Shown here one piece after another: positions 1-7,413 of a DNA stretch of 14,301 nucleotides; the first letter of the stretch is position 1, and each line of letters starts with the position of its first letter. The DNA comes from Armatimonadota bacterium (GTDB taxonomy: Bacteria > Sysuimicrobiota > Sysuimicrobiia > Sysuimicrobiales > Kaftiobacteriaceae): contig JBBIUY010000049.1 in assembly GCA_037440005.1 (NCBI GenBank), positions 1-14,301 on the forward strand, given 5' to 3'. Below the pieces are notes generated by a model. That model was not told where the DNA came from. It worked only from the letters and a program-made list of their open reading frames with translations, and did no database searches. Both the position numbers and the translations under genes were made by a program.

Positions 1-137
1 GGGCTCGGTTGGAGTCTCAAAGTGCAAACACCTAGTCCGCACTGGACAGACTAGGACCGTCCGTCTGAGGGCAGACTACTGTCTGCAGCCGGCCTGCCCC
101 GGACTCTGCCGCCGGCTGTCTGAGGGAGGGGATCCCG

Positions 138-848
138 ATGGAAAACCTTCGCCGCGTGGGCGGGGAGGCGGGGGTGCTGGCCGGACTCGCGACGGCGCTG
201 CTGTTTGTGGGCCTGGTGTGGTTCTTCCCCCAGGCCGGGCTGCCGCTGGCCGACCAGACCAACCCCCACAAGTACATCGCCTTCATCACCAAGCACCAGG
301 TCCTGTTCTGGCTGGTGAACGTCCTGGGCGGGCTGCTGGCCGCCCTGATGAGCGCCGTGCTGTTCCTGGCGCTGGGAGACCGGTTCGGGGATGAGGCCCC
401 GGCCAGCGCCCGGATCGGCCCCCTGTTCGGCATCGGAGGGGCGGCGGGCTTTGCCACCGCCGCGTTGATCCGCCAGGTGGGCTACAGCGCCGCGGCCGGT
501 ATCTACCGCGCCAACCAGGCCGGCGCGGCCAACATGTTCCGGGCCCTGCAGGGGGTGGAGATGTCCCTGTTCGCCTTCGGCCAGGTGGCCGTCGGGCTGG
601 GCGCCATCGTCCTGGGGATCGTGATGCTGCGCAGCAAGAACTACGCCGGCGTGGGCTACCTCAGCGCGGTGGCCGGCACCACCATGTTCTTGGGCGGGTT
701 CATCCCCCACGTGGTGCTGTTCGTGGCCAGTTTCGCCCTGATGACGGTGTGGTTCGTCTGGAGCGCGCTGGCCATGCGCGCGGAGGCCGGCCCCGCCTTC
801 GTCCGGTGGGGGGCCCGGTCCCGCACACCCGAGCGGAAGGCGGCCTGA
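138..848 (+). CDS. Multi-pass integral membrane protein (DUF4386-like), 236 aa
   Basis: ATG preceded by SD-like GAGGGAGGGG (122-131). About 6-7 hydrophobic segments, strong GC3 codon bias and a basic C-terminal tail. The family assignment rests on general resemblance only. Confidence 0.8.
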   Translation: MENLRRVGGEAGVLAGLATALLFVGLVWFFPQAGLPLADQTNPHKYIAFITKHQVLFWLVNVLGGLLAALMSAVLFLALGDRFGDEAPASARIGPLFGIGGAAGFATAALIRQVGYSAAAGIYRANQAGAANMFRALQGVEMSLFAFGQVAVGLGAIVLGIVMLRSKNYAGVGYLSAVAGTTMFLGGFIPHVVLFVASFALMTVWFVWSALAMRAEAGPAFVRWGARSRTPERKAA

Positions 849-870
849 CACACCAGGCGCGCGACGCCGG

Positions 871-904
871 ACGGAAGGGGCCGAGGGGCCGGCCCCTTTT
901 CCGT
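871..904. terminator. Likely bidirectional intrinsic terminator between convergent genes
   Basis: AAGGGGCCG (875-883) pairs with CGGCCCCTT (890-898), extended by ACGG/CCGT, with a TTTT tract on +. It lies between the stops at 848 (+) and 912 (-). Confidence 0.7.
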
Positions 905-911
905 GTGCCCC

Positions 912-3410
912 TCACCGCAGTCCGTCGCCGGGACCGGACGCTTCCACCACGGTGAACGACCCGGACGTCTGCTGGCCGTCGGCGAACACCGCCGTGACGG
1001 TGACGGCGTACCGCACGCCGGGCACCACGTCCGCGGGCGCGAAGGTGTAGGCAAACCGCCCGTCCTCACCCGCCCGCACCACGTCCGTGACGCTGGCGGG
1101 CGCCGACCCGGCGGTGTACTGGACGGTGACGTACACCACCGCCCCGGGCTCCGTCTGCCCCTCAATGGTGAAGGGAGACCGGACCATGTCCCGGTCCCGC
1201 GGGGCGAGCAGGACCAGCCAGGGGCGCAGGGCCGGCAAAGGCCCGCCGCCGGCGCCCGGGTTCGGGGCCGCCGCCTGCTCAGGGGGACTCTCGGGCGGGG
1301 GAGGAGCGGGCGGGGCGGCGGCGGGGGGCGCAGAGGCGGTCTGCTGCTGTGTCCACTGCCGGGCCAGACGGGTCTCCGACGGGGGGTCCGTCAGGTAGCC
1401 GGTGGGTTCGGTCCCCCGGATGAACGCCTCCCGCCGCGGGTCCTCACAGGCGCTGGTGGCGCGCAGGCCCGAGGTGCCGCACATGGTCACCGTCACCACC
1501 CCGGGGGGCTCGGCCCAGTCGTCGGGCGGGTAGCGCTCGACGGCCACCCGCATGAACGCCCGCCAGATGCGGGTCGGCACCGTGGCCCCCACCACCCGCA
1601 CCATCGGCGAGTTGTCGTCGTTGCCCACCCACACCGCGGTGACCAGGTACGGGGTGTAGCCGATGAACCAGGCGTTGCGGTAGTCGTCGGTGGTCCCGGT
1701 CTTGCCGGCCAGGGGCCGTCCCAGGGCGGCTCCGCGTCCGGTGCCCCGGGTGATGACCCCCTTGAGCATGTCGGTCATCACGTAGGCGTACTCGGGCGGG
1801 ATCACCAGTTCCCGGCGGGGCGCGTGTTCTTCCAGCACCCGGCCGGTGCGGTCCTCCACCCTCAGGATGGCCAGAGGCTCCGCCCGCACCCCCAGGGCGG
1901 CCAGCACCCCGTAGGCCGACGTCAACTCCAGGGGCGTGACCTCTGAGGACCCCAGGGCCAGGGACAGGTCCGGCCGCAGGGGGCTGCGGATGCCCATCTT
2001 CTGGGCCAGCCGCGCCACCCGGACGGGCCCCACCTGCTCCAGGGTGCGGATGGCGGGGATGTTGATGGAGCGCTCCAGGGCCTGGCGCATCCGCACCGGC
2101 CCGGCGAACTCCTCGGTGTAGTTCTTGGGCTTCCAGATGCCCTGGGGCGTGTCGTACTCGATGGGCTCGTCCACGATGACGGTGGTCGGCGGCATCCCCT
2201 GCATGAGGGCGGCCAGGTAGACGAAGGGCTTGAAGGCCGACCCCGGCTGGCGGCGGGCCTGCCACGCGCGGTTGAACTGGCTCTGGGCGAAGTCGTAGCC
2301 GCCGATCATGGCCAGGATGTGGCCCGTCTGGGGGTCGAGGGCCACCAGGGCGCCCTGGGTGACGTTCAGCTGCTCGGCCTGGGCCGCCTCGATGCCCCGG
2401 CGGACCGCCCGCTCGGCCTCGGCCTGGAGGGCCGGATCCAGGGTCGTGTACACCCGCAGCCCGCCCGTGTACACGGTCTCCTCGCCGTAGCGCTCCAGCA
2501 GCGAAGGGAGGATGTACGACACGAAGTACGGAGCCCGCACCCCCACCAATCCCACGTTGCCCTCCGGCTGCAGGCGCACCGGTTCGGCGGCGGCCGCGGC
2601 GGCCTGGGGGCGGGTGATGTATCCCAGGGCGGCCATGCGCTTCAGGACCAGGGCCTGGCGCTGCCGGGCGGGGGCGGGATCCTGGAACGGGTCGTAGGCC
2701 GACGGCGCCCGGATCAGCCCGGCCAGGAAGGCGCTCTCGGCCAGGGTCAGGTCCCGGGCGGGCTTGCCGAAGTAGATGCGGGCCGCCATCTGCACCCCGT
2801 AGGCGCCGTGGCCGAAGTACACCTCGTTCAGGTACCGCTCCAGGATCTCGTCCTTGGTGAGCCGGCGCTCGATCTCCACCGCCAGGACCATCTCCGCCAG
2901 CTTCCGGCTGAGGGCGCGCCGCCTGGTCAGAAACAGCGAGCGGGCCAGCTGCTGGGTGATGGTGCTGCCTCCTTCCACGATCTCGCGGGCCAGCAGGTTG
3001 CGCCAGACGGCCCGCACCGTCCCTCGGACGTCCACCCCGGGATGGGAGTAAAACCGCTCGTCCTCGATGGCGATGACGGCCTGGCGCAGCGTCTGGGGGA
3101 TCTCCTCCAGGGGCAGGACCACGCGGTTCTCCCGGTACAGGCTGGCGATGAGTTCCCCGGTGCGGGCGTAGATGCGCGTCGCCTCCCCCGGCGGGGTGTA
3201 GATGGGGGAGATGTCGGGGAGGCTGCGCGCCAGCCCCAGGACCGCGCCGACCAGCAGGCCGGCCCCCATCACGGCCGCCAGCACGACCACCGCCGCGGCA
3301 ACCAGAACGACGCGCCTCCCCCGGGCGGTGAGCGGACGCCGCCACCTCCGGGTGTTCTGGACGGTTCGGGTGTTCGCCATCGGAGCGCTGGGTGGTAGTT
3401 CGCCGGTCAT
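912..3410 (-). CDS. Class A penicillin-binding protein (PBP1A family, GT51 transglycosylase plus transpeptidase) with Pro-rich linker and C-terminal Ig-like domain
   Basis: Basic N-tail plus TM anchor. GT51 motifs EDERFYSHPGVD, GGSTITQQL, RKLAE and KDEILERYLN. Transpeptidase motifs SAFK (SxxK), SIN (SxN) and KTG. Start placed at ATG 3410 (MTGELP); ATG 3380 is an alternative. The ORF-track start at 3566 overlaps the divergent gene and is unlikely. Confidence 0.93.
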   Translation of the reverse strand: MTGELPPSAPMANTRTVQNTRRWRRPLTARGRRVVLVAAAVVVLAAVMGAGLLVGAVLGLARSLPDISPIYTPPGEATRIYARTGELIASLYRENRVVLPLEEIPQTLRQAVIAIEDERFYSHPGVDVRGTVRAVWRNLLAREIVEGGSTITQQLARSLFLTRRRALSRKLAEMVLAVEIERRLTKDEILERYLNEVYFGHGAYGVQMAARIYFGKPARDLTLAESAFLAGLIRAPSAYDPFQDPAPARQRQALVLKRMAALGYITRPQAAAAAAEPVRLQPEGNVGLVGVRAPYFVSYILPSLLERYGEETVYTGGLRVYTTLDPALQAEAERAVRRGIEAAQAEQLNVTQGALVALDPQTGHILAMIGGYDFAQSQFNRAWQARRQPGSAFKPFVYLAALMQGMPPTTVIVDEPIEYDTPQGIWKPKNYTEEFAGPVRMRQALERSINIPAIRTLEQVGPVRVARLAQKMGIRSPLRPDLSLALGSSEVTPLELTSAYGVLAALGVRAEPLAILRVEDRTGRVLEEHAPRRELVIPPEYAYVMTDMLKGVITRGTGRGAALGRPLAGKTGTTDDYRNAWFIGYTPYLVTAVWVGNDDNSPMVRVVGATVPTRIWRAFMRVAVERYPPDDWAEPPGVVTVTMCGTSGLRATSACEDPRREAFIRGTEPTGYLTDPPSETRLARQWTQQQTASAPPAAAPPAPPPPESPPEQAAAPNPGAGGGPLPALRPWLVLLAPRDRDMVRSPFTIEGQTEPGAVVYVTVQYTAGSAPASVTDVVRAGEDGRFAYTFAPADVVPGVRYAVTVTAVFADGQQTSGSFTVVEASGPGDGLR

Positions 3411-3564
3411 CCCGGACCGCCTGCCGCCGCGGCGGGGGGTCCGGCCGCACCGCGCGGGACCTGGACCTCCGCAGCGGATGGTTCCCCGGTCCTCATCCCG
3501 GCAGACCCGACGGGTGAGATCCGTGAGGCGCGGGCATGGGTGTGGGTGGAGGTCCCGGAGATCC

Positions 3565-4479
3565 ATGCGCGCGGCGGCGGCGGTCGCGGTGGCGGTGGCG
3601 GCGGTGCTGGGGACTCCCGCCGGCGTGCGGGCTCAGCCGCAGCCCGCCGTCCAGCTGATCACCGTCGTGGTGCAGCCGGGAGACACCCTCTGGCGGATCG
3701 CCCGCCGCTTCGGAGTGACGGTGGAGGCCATCGCGCGGGCCAACGGCCTGCAGGACCCCCACCGCATCTACGCCGGACAGCGGCTGGTGGTCCCGGTGCC
3801 GGTCAGGGCCGCACCCGCGCGGGGGACGGGAGCGCCCTCCGGCTACGTGTGGCCCCTGCGGGGGGAGATCCTGTCGGCGTTTGGTCCCCGCGGCGGCGCC
3901 CGCCACGACGGGGTGGACATCCAGGGAGTCCACGGCGCCGCCGTAGTGGCGGCCCGGGCGGGCCGGGTGGTCCACGCGGGCTGGTACTACGCGTACGGCC
4001 TCACCGTCATCGTCGACCACGGAGGCGGCATCCAGACGCTGTACGGCCACCTGTCGGCGCTGCTGGTGCGCGCGGGGGAGGCGGTGCGCGCCGGACAGCC
4101 CGTCGGCCGGGTGGGGTGCACGGGCCGGTGCAGCGGGTCCCACCTGCACTTTGAGGTGCGGGTCGGCGGCCGCGCGGTGGACCCGCTCCCGTACCTGGCG
4201 GGCGCCCCGGCGGCCGCGCCCCCGGCGGCCGGAGCCTCCGGCCTGTCGTCCGGCCGCGCAGAGGCGACGACGACCACCGTGACCGTCGCCGTGGAGGGCA
4301 ACACCATCACCCGCACCGTGGACACCTACCGCGGCGGTCGGCTGGTGGCGCGGAGGGAAGAGGCGGTGACGGTGTGGGGCGGCGTGCGCCGGCGGGTGGT
4401 GCGCGAGTACCGGGTGACGGACGGGGTGCCCGTTCTGGTCAGCGAGTCCGCGACGGTGGAGGAGGAGGAGCGGGACTAA
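3565..4479 (+). CDS. Secreted LysM-domain M23 family peptidoglycan endopeptidase with C-terminal extension, 304 aa
   Basis: ATG 3565 with GGAGGT upstream (3548-3553) and an Ala/Val signal peptide ending VRA-Q. LysM (VVQPGDTLWRIARRFGVTVEAIARAN...IYAGQRLVVP). M23 motifs HDGVD (HxxxD), YGHLS and HLHFE (HxH). Confidence 0.92.
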   Translation: MRAAAAVAVAVAAVLGTPAGVRAQPQPAVQLITVVVQPGDTLWRIARRFGVTVEAIARANGLQDPHRIYAGQRLVVPVPVRAAPARGTGAPSGYVWPLRGEILSAFGPRGGARHDGVDIQGVHGAAVVAARAGRVVHAGWYYAYGLTVIVDHGGGIQTLYGHLSALLVRAGEAVRAGQPVGRVGCTGRCSGSHLHFEVRVGGRAVDPLPYLAGAPAAAPPAAGASGLSSGRAEATTTTVTVAVEGNTITRTVDTYRGGRLVARREEAVTVWGGVRRRVVREYRVTDGVPVLVSESATVEEEERD

Positions 4480-4484
4480 GGTAC

Positions 4485-5352
4485 TCAGGGTGCCGCGTCG
4501 TCCGCCGGCGCCGGCAGGCCCGCCGCGGTCCGCGCGGGTCGGAGGTTGACCGCGGCGATCCCGGCCACCACCAGGACCGAGCCGGCCAGCAGCCGCCAGT
4601 CGGCGCGTTCGCGCAGGAAGACGATGCCCAGGATCAGTCCGATGAGAGGGAAGACGTACGTGACCACCGAGGTCCGCGTCGGCCCCCAGCGGTCGATCAG
4701 GTAAAAGTACAGCAGGTACGCCACCGACGATCCCAGCACGCCCAGCCAGACCACCGCTGCCCAGGTCGCGGGCAGCGCGGGGAGATGCACCGGTCGTTCG
4801 GCGGCCAGCACCGCCCCCCAGGCCAGCACGTCCGCCGTCGCCACCACCGCGGCGGCCTGCAGCAGGGGAGGATGTCCCCGCAGGTACCGGCGGGAAAAGG
4901 TCGCGGCCAGGGCGTAGCTGGCCGACGCCGCCAGGACCGCGGCCTGTCCCCACACCCCGGCGGTCAGCCCGCCGGCGTGCAGGTCGCGGCTCATCAGGAC
5001 CACCACGCCGGCGAATCCCACCAGCAGTCCCAGGACGCGCGCCGAGGTGATCCGCTCGTCCGCCAGCCACAGGGGGCAGCGCCGAATCGATCCGGGTTTC
5101 TCCCCACGGGATGAGGATGAAGGGCAGGGCCGTGTTGAAGACCCCCATGAACAGGTAGGCGGGCAGATGACGCCCCCGCAACAGGAGCGGCTGGCGCCGG
5201 GCCCCCAGGACCACGGCCAGCCCCGCCAGTCCGAACAACAGCCGCCACGCCGCCAGGGAGGCCGGCCCGATCTCCGCCACCCCCACCTTGATCCACAGGA
5301 AGGACGACCCCCAGATCGCCCCCAGCAGCCAGAAGGCCGCCCACTCCTTCAC
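4485..5352 (-). pseudogene. EamA/DMT family transporter, frameshifted with an apparent internal deletion
   Basis: The N-half (GTG 5352; LLGAIWGSSFLWIK...WRLLFG...NTALPFILIPWGETRIDSAL) and the C-half (LWLADERITSARVLGLLVGFAGVVVL...SASYALA...GPTRTSVVTYVFPLIGLILGIVFLRE) are in different frames. They join at a C5 run (5072-5076), and the TM segment normally found between them is absent. Confidence 0.85.
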
Positions 5353-5387
5353 GTCAGCAGCCCTTTCCCCACGCGACGGGCGGGATG

Positions 5388-5507
5388 TGATTTTGACCGT
5401 TGCTCATCATGTGCGCGACAAAAGGCGTCTGACCCCAAATTCCGCCCCTGGAAATGACGTTGATCAACGATCATCATTCCGGCGACAAAAGGCGTCTGAC
5501 CCCAAAT
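5388..5507. repeat. Two tandem ~53-bp degenerate direct repeats (period 67) with an identical 26-bp core GCGACAAAAGGCGTCTGACCCCAAAT
   Basis: Cores at 5415-5440 and 5482-5507. The upstream parts align as TGA-nn-TTGA-nC-nnn-G-n-TCATCAT (starting at 5388 and 5455). The region is visibly lower in GC than its flanks. Confidence 0.9.
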
Positions 5508-5549
5508 GTCGTGTTCCGGCGTCGGCGGGCGAGTACCCGAGGGCCTTCG

Positions 5550-5960
5550 TCATTCGGGGCGTCCGCCGAGTCGGAACGCCTCGTCGATCTCCACCTGAAA
5601 GCCGGTGGCCAGGGCGTTGGTCTGGTGGGCGAGACCGATCACCGCCATCAGCTCTGCCAGCATCTGGTCGGTCAAGCCCTTGCGGCGGGCGGCGGCCGTG
5701 TGGCTGCACACGCAGTAGGTGCACCCGTTGGCCACGCTCACGGCGATGTAGATCATCTCCTTGGTCAGCGGGTCCAGCGCGCCCGGAGCCATCACGGTCT
5801 TGACCGTCTGCCAGGTCCGCTCCAGCAACTCCGGCTGGACGGCCAGGGCCTTCCAGAAGTTGTTCACCCAGGTCGTCTGCCGCGTGGCCATGATGTCATC
5901 GTACACCCGGCGGACCCTCTCGGGCGCCTGTTCGTATTCCACCAGCGGAACTGTGGCCAT
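5550..5960 (-). CDS. Carboxymuconolactone decarboxylase / AhpD-like alkylhydroperoxidase family protein, 136 aa
   Basis: ATG 5960 with SD GGAGGTG. LDPLTKEMIYIAVSVANGCTYCVCSH carries the AhpD-like E...CxxC...H core. Confidence 0.92.
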   Translation of the reverse strand: MATVPLVEYEQAPERVRRVYDDIMATRQTTWVNNFWKALAVQPELLERTWQTVKTVMAPGALDPLTKEMIYIAVSVANGCTYCVCSHTAAARRKGLTDQMLAELMAVIGLAHQTNALATGFQVEIDEAFRLGGRPE

Positions 5961-6101
5961 CGGGTTCACCTCCCCGTCGTTGCTTCGGGGACCGGGGCCG
6001 GCTGTGCGCCCGGACGCCGCGTCCGGTTCCCCTGCCCGGCTCCTTCGCCGCGCCCGGCGGAGTTTCATGCGGTATGCCCCGGGCGAGGAGGAGTCGTCCG
6101 T

Positions 6102-6129
6102 CGGATTGCCTCGCCCGGATTGCCTCGCC
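6102..6129. repeat. Perfect 14-bp tandem duplication CGGATTGCCTCGCC x2 within an inverted-repeat element
   Basis: Copies at 6102-6115 and 6116-6129, flanked by imperfect inverted arms at 6085-6098 and 6136-6150. Confidence 0.85.
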
Positions 6130-6192
6130 GGTCCAGACGACCTCGTCCTCCGCAGAGGTGAGGGGTCTCTCGCGCGCCCACCGCCAACATGT

Positions 6193-6206
6193 GGCGTCTG
6201 ACCCCA
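6193..6206. repeat. Third partial copy of the repeat core (GGCGTCTGACCCCA)
   Basis: Exact 14-bp match to the cores at 5424-5437 and 5491-5504, in the same orientation. Confidence 0.75.
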
Positions 6207-6317
6207 CAATCCGGGGGACGGGAAGTCGCCGGAGCCGGAATGTGGCCGACCGCAGGAGACGGGGGAATACGGAGAGCCCGGCGCCGCGTTGCGCGGGTGG
6301 GAGGCGGAGGTGATCCC

Positions 6318-7337
6318 ATGCGAGCGTATCCGGTGGCCTCGGAGGAAGACCTCCACCAGCCGTCGTCCCCCGGCCCCGCAGGCGCGTCGGACGTCCTGGA
6401 CGCGTACTCCCGGGCCGTGGTGGGGGCGGTGGAGGCGGTGGGCCCCGCGGTGGTCAGCGTGGGGCTGGCCCGGCGGGCCCCCGAACCCTGGCGGCGGCGC
6501 GGCCTGCCGGAGATGCGGGGCGCCGGCAGCGGTGTCCTCATCGCTCCCGACGGCTACGTTCTGACCAACAGTCACGTGGTGTCCGGAGCGGACCGCATCG
6601 AGGTCCGCCTGCCCGACGGCCGGGAGATGACCGCTCAGCTGGTGGGCGACGATCCCCACACCGACCTGGCCGTGGTGCGCGTCCCGGGCACGGGCCTGCC
6701 CTGCGCCCAGCTGGGGGACTCGTCGGCGCTGCGGGTCGGGCAGCTGGTGATCGCCATCGGCAACCCGCTGGGCTTCCAGGCCACCGTCACCACCGGCGTG
6801 GTGAGCGCCCTGGGGCGCACCCTGCGGGCCCAGACCGGACGGCTCATCGAAAACGTCATCCAGACCGACGCCGCCCTCAATCCGGGCAGCTCGGGCGGGC
6901 CGCTGGTGGACTTTCGGGGCCGGGTGATCGGCATCAACACCGCCATCATCCTGGGCTCCCAGGGCATCTGCTTCGCCATCCCCAGCAACACCGCCCGGTG
7001 GGTGGCCGGCCAGCTGATCCGCGACGGGCGTGTGCGGCGCAGCTACCTGGGGGTGGTCGGACAGGGCGTCCGCCTGCCGGCGGGGGTGGCGGGACCCGCG
7101 CCCGCGGCGGCGGTGCGGGTGGTGGAGGTGCAGCCACAGACGGCCGCCGAGGCGGCGGGGCTGCGGATGGGGGACATCATCCTGCGGGCGGGGGAGACGC
7201 GGACCGCGTCGCCGGACGACCTGCAGCGGGTCCTGGGTCGTCACCCCGTCGGCCAGCCGCTGGAACTGGAGGTCCTGCGGGGCGGCCGGCACCTCACGGT
7301 GGTGGCCCACCCCACCGAGCTGCCCGACGACGTCTAG
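6318..7337 (+). CDS. htrA: HtrA/DegP-like S1C serine protease with one PDZ domain and no signal peptide, 339 aa
   Basis: ATG 6318 with SD GGAGGTG. Motifs GSGVLI, TNSHVV (His), TDLAV (Asp) and IQTDAALNPGSSGGPL (Ser). C-terminal PDZ (YLGV...AEAAGLRMGDII). Confidence 0.93.
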   Translation: MRAYPVASEEDLHQPSSPGPAGASDVLDAYSRAVVGAVEAVGPAVVSVGLARRAPEPWRRRGLPEMRGAGSGVLIAPDGYVLTNSHVVSGADRIEVRLPDGREMTAQLVGDDPHTDLAVVRVPGTGLPCAQLGDSSALRVGQLVIAIGNPLGFQATVTTGVVSALGRTLRAQTGRLIENVIQTDAALNPGSSGGPLVDFRGRVIGINTAIILGSQGICFAIPSNTARWVAGQLIRDGRVRRSYLGVVGQGVRLPAGVAGPAPAAAVRVVEVQPQTAAEAAGLRMGDIILRAGETRTASPDDLQRVLGRHPVGQPLELEVLRGGRHLTVVAHPTELPDDV

Positions 7338-7364
7338 GACACACCCGGGGGGGTCGCAGGATCC

Positions 7365-7399
7365 GCGGGTCCGGGGCGACGGCGCCCCGGGGTGCCCGC
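7365..7399. terminator. GC-rich hairpin between convergent htrA and ptsI (possible terminator)
   Basis: CCGGGGCG (7371-7378) pairs with CGCCCCGG (7383-7390) as a perfect stem with a 4-nt loop, extendable by GCGGGT/GCCCGC. There is no U-tract. Confidence 0.4.
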
Positions 7400-7413
7400 C
7401 GGGTCCGCCCTGC

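Noticed and set aside
20..100. c-di-GMP-I riboswitch resemblance (GCAAAC ... CAGCCGGCCTGCC)
   Set aside because: It lacks the GNRA tetraloop stem and the GACGCAAAG junction of the consensus, so it is kept only as an unassigned structured leader.
3493..5352. 619-aa minus-strand ORF as a real fusion protein
   Set aside because: Only the first ~92 aa are EamA-like. The rest is out-of-frame read-through after the frameshift and runs antisense to the M23 gene.
5386..5475. CRP (TGTGA) or FNR (TTGAT) binding sites
   Set aside because: The second half-sites and spacing do not fit TGTGA-N6-TCACA or TTGAT-N4-ATCAA.
5415..5507. Two identical 26-bp repeats with a 41-bp spacer as a mini CRISPR array
   Set aside because: There are only two units and no cas genes. 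The 'spacer' is itself similar to the sequence preceding the first repeat, which indicates a degenerate tandem duplication.
5550..7310. 586-aa minus-strand ORF
   Set aside because: Only the last 136 aa (from ATG 5960, strong SD) are AhpD-like. The remainder is the antisense shadow of htrA.
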